The notes: generated by a model not told the origin, from the sequence alone. 43,230 bases of DNA from an uncultured Clostridia bacterium (GCA_947626295.1 CANQRS010000002.1:1-43230), one strand, 5' to 3'; shown: positions 26,646 through 36,856, numbered from the stretch's first letter. Translations and numbers: made by a program.

Positions 26646-28289
26646 TTAACTATATTGCTTAGGGGCAATTTTACAAACTAATTTATAGATTTTATCTCCT
26701 TTAGGTATATCAAGGTAATCTTCTTTTGTTAGTATCTTTAAGAAAATAATACTAAATCCATAAATGATTACTGCACTAATTAATGCTATAATAGTCGCAA
26801 GTCTTGCAGCAACAATATGTAATAAACTGATATAGATTAGATAAGAAATTCCACCCATAATAAGTGAAGCTATAAGCGGTTTAAGAATAAGTTTTACAAA
26901 ATCAAATTTTATATTTATCATTTTTTTCAAACTGTATAATTCAATTATAAGTACAAAAGAATAACAAATAATTGAACCAATAATTGCTCCATAAATACCG
27001 ATTGACTCAATAGGTACTAATATAACATTAGCAAAGAATTTTATTATAGAGCCGATAGCAAGTGCAATTACAGGTACTTTTAATTTACCTAAACCTTGTA
27101 AAGTAGCATTCATATTTTGACCTAACATAGTAAAAACAATAGTAAGGGCATAACCAGATAAAATATAATTGCCATAATTTGCATTAGGGAAGATTAAATC
27201 TAAAATCTGTTGAGAGAAAACACAAAGCCCAACTGTACAAGGAAATGCAATAATTATTGTAAGTAACATAGATAAAGAAATTTTACTAGCTATAGCTTTA
27301 TAATCATTAACGGCTTTTAAAGCGGCAAGTTCTGGAACTAAAGCTACCGAAAAAGCAGTATTAAAAGATAAAGGAAGCCCACCTATAGTATCAACTTTAC
27401 CACTTAGAACTCCATATATAGAAGTTGCATCAACATAAGATAGGAAAGTCATAAGTGCTTTAGGAACTGTTATCGCATCAATAGTTTTATTAATAGAAAT
27501 AATAATTGATGTTAAAGAAATAGGTATTGCTACACATAAAATTCTTTTTAAAATATCTTTTTTGCGTTCATCTTTGTACTCAAATTGAGAATTCATTTCT
27601 TCAATAATAAATGACTTTCTCTTTCTAAAGTATAAAACTATATATATAAAGCTAGAAACTACAGAAAATGTAGTAGCCATATTAGCTGCAACAGCCATAG
27701 AAACAGTATTTGTAGAAGTAACATAAGCTGCTATTTCTACAAAAATAATTGTAAAAACAGTTTTAAAAATTTGCTCCATAGATTGAGAATTTGCAGTAGG
27801 CTTCATTGTATTTCTACCATTGAAATATCCTCTTATAACAGAAGACATAGCAACGAAAAATACTGAAGGTGAAATTGCCATAATAGTAAGTTTAGTATCT
27901 GGAATTGCAAGTACATCTGTTGCAATAAATTCTGCACCAAAGAATAAAAGTAAACTACCAATTAACCCAGCGCAACTAACAACAAACAAAGCAAGCTTGA
28001 AGGTCTTGTGAGCTCCCTTAAAATCACCTAAAGTAACTTTTTCGGAAACGAGTTTTGCAACTGCACTAGGAATCCCAATAGAGGAAAGCAATAAAAGTAG
28101 GGAGTAGATTTGATAGCCTGCACTATATAAAGCATTTCCAACATCTCCAAAGCCTTGACGATTAGTAAGATATATCCTGTAAACTAAACCTAAAACTCTA
28201 ATTAAAACTTGGGAAAACATAATTATTAATACATTTCCCATAAATGAACCTTTTTTTATTTTTTTTTGTGAATCGTTTTTAATAGACAT
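26646..28289 (-). CDS. MOP/MVF-superfamily flippase (SpoVB / MurJ-like, 'polysaccharide biosynthesis protein')
   Basis: 547 aa, about 14 TM segments. The N-terminus 'GNVLIIMFSQVLIRVLGLVYRIYLTNRQGFGDVGNALYSAGYQIY' is typical of SpoVB/MurJ-like proteins. Confidence 0.75.
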   Translation of the reverse strand: MSIKNDSQKKIKKGSFMGNVLIIMFSQVLIRVLGLVYRIYLTNRQGFGDVGNALYSAGYQIYSLLLLLSSIGIPSAVAKLVSEKVTLGDFKGAHKTFKLALFVVSCAGLIGSLLLFFGAEFIATDVLAIPDTKLTIMAISPSVFFVAMSSVIRGYFNGRNTMKPTANSQSMEQIFKTVFTIIFVEIAAYVTSTNTVSMAVAANMATTFSVVSSFIYIVLYFRKRKSFIIEEMNSQFEYKDERKKDILKRILCVAIPISLTSIIISINKTIDAITVPKALMTFLSYVDATSIYGVLSGKVDTIGGLPLSFNTAFSVALVPELAALKAVNDYKAIASKISLSMLLTIIIAFPCTVGLCVFSQQILDLIFPNANYGNYILSGYALTIVFTMLGQNMNATLQGLGKLKVPVIALAIGSIIKFFANVILVPIESIGIYGAIIGSIICYSFVLIIELYSLKKMINIKFDFVKLILKPLIASLIMGGISYLIYISLLHIVAARLATIIALISAVIIYGFSIIFLKILTKEDYLDIPKGDKIYKLVCKIAPKQYS

Positions 28290-28313
28290 AATTTGCTCCT
28301 TTTCTAAAAAAAT

Positions 28314-29381
28314 TTAATGGTGTTTAAGTTTATTTATTAATTTATTTTTTACATTATTTAAAGATTCACAAATATTAAAAATAAAATTTACAAAAGGATT
28401 AAATACTATAGTCAAACAATTAACAAATTCTATAATATCGCCATTAAATCCTTTTTTAAATACATATATACCATATTGAGGGTGATTAGGACCACGAACA
28501 CCTGAAACTCCTCTAAAATCATAAATATCACAATTAGTATTTAACGCCCATTTCATCATCTCAAATTGTAGTAAATAATTAGGCATTAAATTTCTGTGTT
28601 CATTTGAACTTCCGCCATATAAATACCAAACTTTATTTCCGAATTTGATAGGTAAAACAACAGAAATGGCTTGTCCTTCATATTCGGCAAAAATTAATCT
28701 GATATGTTCACTACCCATTTCGTCCCACATTTTTTCAAAATGAGATAAAGGTCTAACGTGAAATTTATCTCTAGTTACAGTAGTTTTCATTATATCATAA
28801 AAAAGTGGTAAATCTTCTTTACTGCCTTCTCTTATAGTAACACCTTTTCTTGAAGAAAGACGTACATTGTATCTATGCTTTTCGTTGAAAGACTTTAATA
28901 ACTCATCTTCTGTTTTATTTGTTAAATTAATTCTCTCAACAATTTTGGGTTGCATAGTTCTTGAATTTTTTTCCGTATCCTTCATAAATTTATATCCAAG
29001 TGATTTCATAATCATTTTAAATTCTGCATCAGCATTTGATATATCAGGGTCCATTTTAAAAATAAATGCTTTGTATTTTTTAGCCAAAGCTTTTACTTGT
29101 TTTGTTAACTCATCTAAAGTAGTTTTATCGTGTGGGTCACATACAAAGCCACGAGGTGCATACATCATATTCTTATGGATAAATGGTATTTTTCTTATTA
29201 AAACACTCATAGTACCAACAATTTTCTTTGACTTAGGATTTCTTACAATTAAAATTTCAGACTTCCAATCAGGCTTTACTCTAGCCCATTCTAAAGATTG
29301 CATAAAATGCGATTTTGGGTGAGTTTCTAAAAATTGTTTTAATTCGTTTAATTCTTTTTCAGTTAAATCATTAATATTCAT
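28314..29381 (-). CDS. FemAB-family peptidoglycan aminoacyltransferase (FemX-like, no coiled-coil insert)
   Basis: 'HFMQSLEWARVK', 'YAPRGFV', 'RYNVRLSSRKGV', 'YLYGGSSNEHRNLMPNYLLQFEMMKWA...YDFRGV'. Confidence 0.8.
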   Translation of the reverse strand: MNINDLTEKELNELKQFLETHPKSHFMQSLEWARVKPDWKSEILIVRNPKSKKIVGTMSVLIRKIPFIHKNMMYAPRGFVCDPHDKTTLDELTKQVKALAKKYKAFIFKMDPDISNADAEFKMIMKSLGYKFMKDTEKNSRTMQPKIVERINLTNKTEDELLKSFNEKHRYNVRLSSRKGVTIREGSKEDLPLFYDIMKTTVTRDKFHVRPLSHFEKMWDEMGSEHIRLIFAEYEGQAISVVLPIKFGNKVWYLYGGSSNEHRNLMPNYLLQFEMMKWALNTNCDIYDFRGVSGVRGPNHPQYGIYVFKKGFNGDIIEFVNCLTIVFNPFVNFIFNICESLNNVKNKLINKLKHH

Positions 29382-29521
29382 TTTATAAAAAATTCCTCCA
29401 TTTGTGTAATATTGTAAAAAATTATATCATCTAAAAAATTCTTTGTCAATCTTCAAATAAACTATTGATGATTTTGAAAATATGGAATATAATGGTAAAA
29501 AAGAAATAGGGAGGATATAAA

Positions 29522-30190
29522 ATGGAAGGAATAAAAATAAAAAACTTATATAATATAGAAAAAACAATTGCAAAAGAAAAATTAAATGAAGAAATATATC
29601 CGTGGGAAATAATACCTAAAATAAAAGATATAATAATAGATTTAGGAGAAAAGCTAGACTTAGAAAAATATGAAAAAAAAGGAGAAAATATATGGATTGC
29701 AAAAACAGCCCAAATAGCACCAACTGTTGTAATAGAAGGTCCGGCAATAATTGACGAAAATGCAGAAATTAGGCAATTTGCATATATTAGAGAAAATGTT
29801 ATAGTAGGAAAAAATGCAGTAGTAGGGCATTCGGTAGAAATAAAAAACAGCATTTTATTTAACGAAACACAAGTGGCACATTTTAATTATGTGGGAGACT
29901 CAATATTAGGATATAAAGTACATTTAGGAGCAGGAAGCATAATATCAAACTTAAAAGGAAATAAAGATGAAATTTATATAAAATTAGACAACGGAGAAAA
30001 AATAGAAACTAAACTAAAAAAACTAGGAGCAATGTTAGGAGACTATGTAGAAATAGGCTCAAATGTTGTATTAAATCCAGGAGCTATAATCGGTAAAAAA
30101 ACAAATGTATATCCGCTTAATTCTGTAAGGGGAATAATAAAAGAAAATCATATATATAAAGATGAAAACAATATAATAGAAAAATATTAG
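29522..30190 (+). CDS. Left-handed beta-helix (hexapeptide-repeat) protein, GlmU C-terminal-like
   Basis: Successive hexapeptide-like turns 'IAPTVVIEGPAIIDENAEIRQFAYIRENVIVGKNAVVGHSVEIKNSILFNETQVAHFNYVGDSILG'. Confidence 0.6.
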   Translation: MEGIKIKNLYNIEKTIAKEKLNEEIYPWEIIPKIKDIIIDLGEKLDLEKYEKKGENIWIAKTAQIAPTVVIEGPAIIDENAEIRQFAYIRENVIVGKNAVVGHSVEIKNSILFNETQVAHFNYVGDSILGYKVHLGAGSIISNLKGNKDEIYIKLDNGEKIETKLKKLGAMLGDYVEIGSNVVLNPGAIIGKKTNVYPLNSVRGIIKENHIYKDENNIIEKY

Positions 30191-30191
30191 G

Positions 30192-30243
30192 AAAATAGCT
30201 TAGTATTATGTTCAATAAAAAGCATAATATTAAGCTATTTTTT
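30192..30243. terminator. Bidirectional terminator
   Basis: atagcttagtattatg pairs with cataatattaagctat (one mismatch), flanked by an A-run and a T-run. Confidence 0.7.
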
Positions 30244-30244
30244 G

Positions 30245-30619
30245 TTACATTTTTTGGGTACCAGGAATAAAGTAATCAATTACACCATAAATTAATGCCC
30301 CTATAATAGCAGCCATCCACGAAATAGAATAACCTGCAACGAAAAATTGAGTAACATATAAAATGATGGCAGCTAAAGCAAATCCAATAAATCCTTTACC
30401 AAAAGGACTAGCCTGTATGCCTGTGAATTTCGCAATTAAATAGTCTAAAACAGTTAAAACAACAGCAGCAATAGCTAAAGACCATATATTATTTATTGTA
30501 AATCCAGGTGTAAAAAATGCAGTAATTGCTAGAACTACAGCAGCTGCTATAAGTCTAACAACAACTTGTAATGCGGTACTCCCTGTATTTTGATTTGTCT
30601 GACTTTGAGAATTAGACAT
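30245..30619 (-). CDS. Small 4-TM membrane protein (holin-family-4 / DUF360- or DUF2512-like; function uncertain)
   Basis: AAGGAGG, 9 nt, ATG ('MSNSQSQTNQ'). Four hydrophobic helices. Confidence 0.55.
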   Translation of the reverse strand: MSNSQSQTNQNTGSTALQVVVRLIAAAVVLAITAFFTPGFTINNIWSLAIAAVVLTVLDYLIAKFTGIQASPFGKGFIGFALAAIILYVTQFFVAGYSISWMAAIIGALIYGVIDYFIPGTQKM

Positions 30620-30810
30620 TAAATTCAACCTCCTTCATTTAAGCATTTTCTAAAAATCAAAGGTTAAGAATATTGTAACAAAAGAAAAAATATTTCTAAT
30701 GCTATAAAAATATTATTTACAATGATTTTAATTTTATTCAGAAAAAAATGAATATTTTTTTTGATAATGGAAAAAATGGAATTGATGAAAAAAATTTTTA
30801 GGAGGAATAT

Positions 30811-31488
30811 ATGCTTATAAATTTTGCAAGAGCAATAATACTATACATAATTGTATTGATAGTTATGAGATTTATGGGAAAGAGGGAAATAAGTCAGTTA
30901 CAGCCATTTGAACTTGCAATATCAATAATGATAGCAGACTTGGCATCAATCCCTATGAGTGAAACAGGCACTCCAATTAGTAATGGAATAGTGCCAATTT
31001 TAGGATTACTTGTAATGCACCTGTTGATATCTTTAATAAATTTAAAAAGTATTAATGCAAGACAAATAATATGTGGAAAACCTAGAATTTTAATATATAG
31101 GGGAAAGATTCAAGAAGAGGCTTTGATAAAAGAAAGATTTACAATTAATGAATTACAAGAAAGATTAAGAGCCCAAAACATTCAAAATTTAGGTGACGTA
31201 GAATATGCAATTTTAGAAACAAGTGGTCAAATAACAGTAATAGAAAAACCAAATAAAAGAACTACTATACCAGAAGACTTTGGAATAATGCCTGATTATG
31301 AGGGAATTTCTTACGATTTGGTAATAGATGGGAGAATTATGGACAAAAATTTACAGGCAATAGGCAAAGACTATAGTTGGCTAAAAAAAGAAGTAAATAA
31401 ATTCAATATGAATCCAGAGGAGGCACTTATTGTTACAATCGATGGAAAAGGACAGATTTTTTGTCAAGAAAAAAATAGAAAGGTATAA
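30811..31488 (+). CDS. DUF421 (YetF/YdfS-like) membrane protein
   Basis: 'RFMGKREISQLQPFELAISIMIADLAS' and the C-terminal soluble domain are typical of DUF421. RBS AGGAGG. Confidence 0.75.
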   Translation: MLINFARAIILYIIVLIVMRFMGKREISQLQPFELAISIMIADLASIPMSETGTPISNGIVPILGLLVMHLLISLINLKSINARQIICGKPRILIYRGKIQEEALIKERFTINELQERLRAQNIQNLGDVEYAILETSGQITVIEKPNKRTTIPEDFGIMPDYEGISYDLVIDGRIMDKNLQAIGKDYSWLKKEVNKFNMNPEEALIVTIDGKGQIFCQEKNRKV

Positions 31489-31490
31489 AT

Positions 31491-31880
31491 ATGTATAAAG
31501 AATTAGTGATTTCTATAATAATAGTAATTTTAATAATTACTTTAGATGTGATAACTCAAAAATATACCGATACAACAGTAAATGAAATAATTGGTGAGTT
31601 ATCTCAATTAAGTGATGATATAAAAAATCAAAAAATTAGTGATGATGATGCGAAAAATAATGTAAATGAAACTTATGATAAATGGAAGGAATATCATAAT
31701 AAATTGTCAATTTTTATAGAGCATAATGAATTAGATAAATTTGAAACAGAATTTGTTTCTTGCAAAAGCTTTATAGAATCTAAAAATTACGAATTAGCAA
31801 ATTCACAAATAGAAAAAGCAATTTTTACATTAGGTCATATAAAGGATAAATATTCATTTGATTTAGAAAATATATTTTAA
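31491..31880 (+). CDS. DUF4363-like small membrane-anchored protein
   Basis: N-terminal TM, helical body, ends 'LENIF'. Translationally coupled, 3 nt after the DUF421 gene, which is the usual pairing. Confidence 0.6.
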   Translation: MYKELVISIIIVILIITLDVITQKYTDTTVNEIIGELSQLSDDIKNQKISDDDAKNNVNETYDKWKEYHNKLSIFIEHNELDKFETEFVSCKSFIESKNYELANSQIEKAIFTLGHIKDKYSFDLENIF

Positions 31881-31974
31881 TATTTTTAGTATAAATTTTC
31901 TAAATAGGTAAATAATAGTTTTAAACAAATTTTAAGAAAAATCTTAAAATGCTTGAATTAGAATGGAGGGTATT

Positions 31975-32802
31975 ATGGAAGAGAGAGGAAATAAACAAAA
32001 AATTGCTATTATAGCTATAGTATGTGCTGCAATATTAGTCATCTCTATAGTTGCATATTTAATAAATAGAGATAATGATGAAACAGATTATGGAGATGTG
32101 CAAAATTTAAGTTTTGACTATGAGAGTGCAAGTACACGAATTGGAAAAAGTGTAGAGGAGTCAGAAGAAGAATTTGAAAATCAAATAATAAATACTACTA
32201 CAAACACAACAACAAATACAACGACAAATACAGCAAGCGTAAATTCAACTTCGTCAAATCAAACAATTTCATCAGCTATAAGAAATGAAACAACTAAAAA
32301 ACAGGAAAGCAAAACAAACAAAAAAAGTGAAGAAAAAGCAGAAGAAACAGAAGAAACAGCAAATGAAGAAGTTGTAGAAGAAGAAAAAGAAGTTAAGTTT
32401 GAAGCACCTGTAAAAGGACAAGTCTTGAGAGAATTTGCGAAAGATTCTTTGGTATATTCAGACACATTAAAAGAATGGATAACTCATAATGGTATAGATA
32501 TATTAGCAGACAAAACAAGTGTAGTAAGTGCAGCTGCTTCTGGAAAAGTATATGCTATAAAAAATGACCCAAGATATGGATTGACAGTTATTATAGACCA
32601 CGATAATGGATATAGAACAATTTATTCTAATTTATTAACAGCAGAGTTCGTCGTTGAAGGAGAAGAAGTTGAACAAGGACAAAGCATAGGAACAGTAGGA
32701 AATAGTGCAACTTTTGAAATATCTGATGAAAGCCATTTACATTTTGAATTAATAAAAGACGAAGAATATGTTAATCCAAGCAATTATATGGAATTTGAAT
32801 AA
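31975..32802 (+). CDS. Membrane-anchored M23/LytM peptidase (SpoIIQ-like architecture)
   Basis: TM segment, Thr/Asn low-complexity and acidic linker, LytM domain with HxxxD ('HNGID') and HxH ('HLHFE'). ATG 31975 is preferred because GGAGG lies just upstream; 31963 is an alternative. Confidence 0.8.
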   Translation: MEERGNKQKIAIIAIVCAAILVISIVAYLINRDNDETDYGDVQNLSFDYESASTRIGKSVEESEEEFENQIINTTTNTTTNTTTNTASVNSTSSNQTISSAIRNETTKKQESKTNKKSEEKAEETEETANEEVVEEEKEVKFEAPVKGQVLREFAKDSLVYSDTLKEWITHNGIDILADKTSVVSAAASGKVYAIKNDPRYGLTVIIDHDNGYRTIYSNLLTAEFVVEGEEVEQGQSIGTVGNSATFEISDESHLHFELIKDEEYVNPSNYMEFE

Positions 32803-32808
32803 ATAAAT

Positions 32809-32830
32809 AAGGCTGTTTTGTAACAGCCTT
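32809..32830. terminator. Bidirectional hairpin between convergent genes
   Basis: aaggctgtt (32809-32817) pairs with aacagcctt (32822-32830). Confidence 0.6.
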
Positions 32831-33728
32831 ATAAATTATTTACAGCACCGATTATACCGGCATCATTTTTAAACTCTGCAATAACAATTTGTGGAATGCT
32901 ATTGTTATAAAAAGCATATTTGCGGTTATTCATTTCAGTTACGAGTTTATCATATAAATATTGTTTATAATAAGAAAAACTACCACCTAGGCAAATTGCA
33001 TCAGGCTCAAAAATATCAATTATATTTGAAAAACCGATTATTAAATTATTTATATATTCATCAATAATCTTTTGAACATCTTCATAATGAATATAATTCA
33101 TTAAAACATCATTAAGATATTTATTTTGCAAAAAGTCTTTGTCTCCAGAATTTTTTTCTATTACTGAAATTATTTGTTCACGAAATGGCTTCATTCCGCA
33201 ATATTTTTCAAAACAACCCTTTTTACCGCAATTACATTGCAAACCATTTCTTTCTATAACCATATGACCTATCTCAAATCCACCACTTTTAGAGGTAGTA
33301 AAAAGATTATTATCTATTATAGCACCACCGCCGATTCCAGTACCTAAGCACAAAAATACACCATTATTAAAAGGCTTTAAAGCTCCAAATTTTTTTTCGG
33401 CTATAGTAGCAGCATTTCCATCATTTATTGTAGTTATTTTAGTATGAAATTCATCTTCTAAAAATTTAAAATCTAATTTATCGATTTGTAAATTCTCTAA
33501 TTTCTCAACAGTAGTTCCATTTGGAATTCCTGGTGCACTAATCCCAATTAAATCTACAGGTTCATTATTAATTAGATTAGGTAATTCGCTTTTTAATAAT
33601 GAAAATATATAATTCTTTTTATTTTGCTGTAAAATTAAATCTTTTTCTATTTTTTGTGTTATTGTATTTCCATTTTCTACAACACCAATACTGATATGAC
33701 TTCCGCCAATATCTATTCCAATTTTCAT
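32829..33728 (-). CDS. ROK-family sugar kinase (glucokinase-like)
   Basis: 'MKIGIDIGGSHISIG', 'GTGIGGGAI', Zn motif 'GHMV...CNCGKKGCFEKYC'. ATG 33728 is preferred to the track start at 33770. Confidence 0.8.
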   Translation of the reverse strand: MKIGIDIGGSHISIGVVENGNTITQKIEKDLILQQNKKNYIFSLLKSELPNLINNEPVDLIGISAPGIPNGTTVEKLENLQIDKLDFKFLEDEFHTKITTINDGNAATIAEKKFGALKPFNNGVFLCLGTGIGGGAIIDNNLFTTSKSGGFEIGHMVIERNGLQCNCGKKGCFEKYCGMKPFREQIISVIEKNSGDKDFLQNKYLNDVLMNYIHYEDVQKIIDEYINNLIIGFSNIIDIFEPDAICLGGSFSYYKQYLYDKLVTEMNNRKYAFYNNSIPQIVIAEFKNDAGIIGAVNNL

Positions 33729-33870
33729 AGATATCAATCCCTTCAATTTAAAGTAATGTAATTTTAACATTACTATTGTAATTTTTCAATATAAAATAAG
33801 AAGAAAATATTGATATTTTTTAAAATTAATAGTAAAATGTTATAAGATGCATAAAAAGGTGGTGAATTTG

Positions 33871-34896
33871 ATGGATAAAAAAGAATTCTTATATTTCGAA
33901 GAAGACGATACAAGCAAAGTAGGAGTTAACGGAAAACAAGTATTTGTAGCCAAAAGAATAAATGGAAAAGTAACACGAAATAAAGAAGAAAATGAGGACG
34001 GAAATAAAAACAACCTAAACAATATAAAGAGCATACCAGAAGAAGAAATAATAATAGGCATAAATAATAGTCCATATAAGAAAAAGAATATAAACAAATC
34101 ATCAAATTCAAAGCCAAAAAAGAAAAAACAAAACATACAAAAAAACAAAAAACAACCTAAAAAGAAAAAAAATAAAGCAACCAAACTTTTAAAAATAATT
34201 TTATTACTAATTATAATAGCAGGAACTATAGCGTATGCATTTGTATCTCCAATATTCAACATACAATCAGTAGTGGTAGATGGAAACGAAAAAGTAAACG
34301 CAAGTACAATAATTAGTTTATCAGGATTGCGAGTCGGAGAAAACATATTTAGAACATCTAAAAAAGATATTCAAGAAAAAATAAAAGAAAATTCATACAT
34401 AGAAGAAATAAAAGTAAAAAGAGAATTACCAGGAACTATTCACATAAGTATAAAAGAAAGGAATGTTGACTATCAAATACAAGTAATGGGAAGCTATGTA
34501 TATATAGACTATAAAGGAAATATTTTAGAAAATTCAAAGGAGAAAAAAAATGTACCTATAATACAGGGATTTTTCACAAGTCAGGAGGATTTACTAAAAT
34601 TAGATAAACTCGATAATCAAGATATAATGTATCTAAATAGTATATTAAAAATAATGGAAAGTGCAAAAAATTTAGATATGCATAATTTAATAACCAAAAT
34701 TCAAATAGAAGATGATGAATATATATTAGAACTAGAAAAAGAAAAAAAAGTAGTTTATATAGGCGATGAAACCAATATAAATAATAAAATGTTATATATG
34801 CAAACTATAATCAATAGCAAAAAAGATGTAGCAGGTAAAATATTCTTAAATGGAGATTTAAATAAAGGCTTCAAGCCATATTTTAGGAAGGATTAA
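33871..34896 (+). CDS. divIB: Cell division protein DivIB/FtsQ
   Basis: Lys-rich cytoplasmic N-terminus, one TM, POTRA 'IQSVVVDGNEKVNASTIISLSGLRVGENIF'. Sits at the head of the ylxW-ylxX-sbp-ftsA-ftsZ type cluster. Confidence 0.75.
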   Translation: MDKKEFLYFEEDDTSKVGVNGKQVFVAKRINGKVTRNKEENEDGNKNNLNNIKSIPEEEIIIGINNSPYKKKNINKSSNSKPKKKKQNIQKNKKQPKKKKNKATKLLKIILLLIIIAGTIAYAFVSPIFNIQSVVVDGNEKVNASTIISLSGLRVGENIFRTSKKDIQEKIKENSYIEEIKVKRELPGTIHISIKERNVDYQIQVMGSYVYIDYKGNILENSKEKKNVPIIQGFFTSQEDLLKLDKLDNQDIMYLNSILKIMESAKNLDMHNLITKIQIEDDEYILELEKEKKVVYIGDETNINNKMLYMQTIINSKKDVAGKIFLNGDLNKGFKPYFRKD

Positions 34897-34906
34897 AGGA
34901 GGAAAA

Positions 34907-35617
34907 ATGAGCAAAAAAGTTCAAAGTTTAATATTAGGATTAATGTGTTTTATATTAACAATTGGAGTATTTGTGCAAGTAAAAACAGTAAACAACAATG
35001 GGACAACAATAAGTACAAATCAAAATGAAGCACAATTAAGAGACCAAGTTTTAAAAATGAAAGAAAAATATGAAAACTCATACGACAAATTGCAAAAAGC
35101 ACAAAAAGAACTAGAAAAAGTAAGAACAGGTGTTACAAGTAATAATGAGGAATTAAAAGAATTAGAGAAAAAAATAAAAGAAGCCAATATGCTACTTGGA
35201 ATGACAGATGTTAAAGGAGAAGGCGTAACAATTACTGTAGAAGACGGGGTAGCAACTTCTAAAACATTATCTAAGGTAGATTTAATAGTACATAATGTTG
35301 ATATTTTAAATATAGTAAATGAGCTTAAAAATTCTGGGGCAGAAGCTATAGAAGTAAATAATCAAAGAATAGTAGGAACAACCTCTATAGTATGTGATGG
35401 AAATGTAATAACAGTAAATGGAGAAAAAATAAGTTCACCTTTTACAATAACAGCAATAGGAATGCCAGAATTAATGACAACATTAGATAGAGCAGGCGGA
35501 TATTTAGAACTATTAAGAGAAGATAATTTAAAAGCAACATTAACAAAATCAAAAAAAATAAATATACAAAAATATACTGGAATAATGGCATTTAAGTATG
35601 CTAAAACAATATCGTAA
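34907..35617 (+). CDS. DUF881 protein (YlxW/YlxX-like)
   Basis: TM + coiled coil + 'GEGVTITVED...LKNSGAEAIEVNNQRIV...VNGEKISSPFTITAIG'. Confidence 0.75.
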   Translation: MSKKVQSLILGLMCFILTIGVFVQVKTVNNNGTTISTNQNEAQLRDQVLKMKEKYENSYDKLQKAQKELEKVRTGVTSNNEELKELEKKIKEANMLLGMTDVKGEGVTITVEDGVATSKTLSKVDLIVHNVDILNIVNELKNSGAEAIEVNNQRIVGTTSIVCDGNVITVNGEKISSPFTITAIGMPELMTTLDRAGGYLELLREDNLKATLTKSKKINIQKYTGIMAFKYAKTIS

Positions 35618-35659
35618 TTATAATAACCATTGACAAATAGGAATAGGAGTGAAAAAATA

Positions 35660-36358
35660 ATGAAAAAAGGAAAAAAATCATTAGCAATAACAATAGGAAT
35701 AACTTTCTTTATATTAGTAATGATAATGTTTATGCAATTTAAAATGGTATTTCAGACAGATATAACATCAATAGAAACAATGAGAGAAGAAGAATTGCAA
35801 GAACAACTTGCATCGTGGAAGAAAAAATATGAAGAAACAGAAGCTCAAAGTCAAGAAATAACAGAAACATTAAATAAATATAAAGAAGAATCATCATCAG
35901 ATAGTCAAACAAAAGAAAATTTGGAAGAAGAATTAAACAATTTGAATTTAATGTTAGGAACAACAGATGTGCAAGGTAAGGGAATCATTATAACATTAAA
36001 AGAAACGGAAAATACAGAAGAGCCAATAAAAGCAGATGAATTAATGGTAATTGTAAATTATTTAAAAGATGCAGGAGCAGAGGCGATTTCAATAAATGGT
36101 CAAAGGATTATAAATAGTACATATTTTTCATATATAAATAACTCTTATGTAAGAATAAATGGTCAAAGATTAACATCTCCATTTGAAATTAAAGTAATTG
36201 GTGAGCCAGATTACCTAAAAAGCTCATTGATAGGAAATGGTGGATATGTTGAAAAAATAACGAGTTGGGGACAAGAAATAAATTTTGAAGAAAAAAAGAA
36301 AATCGAAATCCCAAAGTATAATGATGAAATATCAACAAAATATATGAAAGAAAAATAA
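35660..36358 (+). CDS. DUF881 protein (second paralogue, YlxX-like)
   Basis: 'GKGIIITLKE...LKDAGAEAISINGQRII...INGQRLTSPFEIKVIG'. ATG 35660 follows AGGAG. Confidence 0.75.
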   Translation: MKKGKKSLAITIGITFFILVMIMFMQFKMVFQTDITSIETMREEELQEQLASWKKKYEETEAQSQEITETLNKYKEESSSDSQTKENLEEELNNLNLMLGTTDVQGKGIIITLKETENTEEPIKADELMVIVNYLKDAGAEAISINGQRIINSTYFSYINNSYVRINGQRLTSPFEIKVIGEPDYLKSSLIGNGGYVEKITSWGQEINFEEKKKIEIPKYNDEISTKYMKEK

Positions 36359-36383
36359 AGAGATAAAAGAAAGGAAGAGAAAA

Positions 36384-36770
36384 ATGATTTTTATAGCTAT
36401 AATGGTAGGTTGTATTTTAGGAGCTTTAGTTGGTATAAATTTACCAATAGTACCATATACATATTCAAGTTATTTAGCAATAGCAATAGTTGCAGCACTT
36501 GACTCAGTATTTGGAGGAATTACAGGTGTTTTAAAAGGAGAATTTGATTTTAAAGTATTTATATCAGGATTTTTCTGTAATGCAATACTTTCAATATTAT
36601 TAACATACTTAGGAAATAAATTAGATATTGATATATATTTGGCTGCAATAGTAGTATTTGTAGGCAGAATGTTTATAAATTTGACAATTATAAGAAAATA
36701 TTATATAGATAAATGGTCAAACAAAATTCAGGAATGGAAGGATAAAAGAAAGCAGCTAAGAAATGACTGA
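36384..36770 (+). CDS. sbp: Small basic protein Sbp (DUF1290)
   Basis: 'YSSYLAIAIVAALDSVFGGITGVLKGEFDFKVFISGFFCNA...IRKYYIDKW' parallels B. subtilis Sbp. Conserved position before ftsA. Confidence 0.7.
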   Translation: MIFIAIMVGCILGALVGINLPIVPYTYSSYLAIAIVAALDSVFGGITGVLKGEFDFKVFISGFFCNAILSILLTYLGNKLDIDIYLAAIVVFVGRMFINLTIIRKYYIDKWSNKIQEWKDKRKQLRND

Positions 36771-36827
36771 ATTGGAGAAATATTACAACAATATGTCAAA
36801 AATATTTCAAAAATATTACAAAAACTA

Positions 36828-36856
36828 TTGACAATTGTCTAAAAATGTAATATATA
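36828..36856 (+). promoter_or_regulatory. Promoter upstream of ftsA
   Basis: TTGACA (36828-36833), 17 nt, TATATA (36851-36856). Confidence 0.45.

Noticed and set aside
36796-36833. Shared words 'atattaca' and 'aaaaactattg' upstream of ftsA (36796-36833) and upstream of the pilM-like gene (41625-41665).
   Set aside because: These are short, AT-only matches with different spacing, so chance similarity is likely in this composition. This is unlike the spoVA pair, where order, spacing and RBS all coincide.
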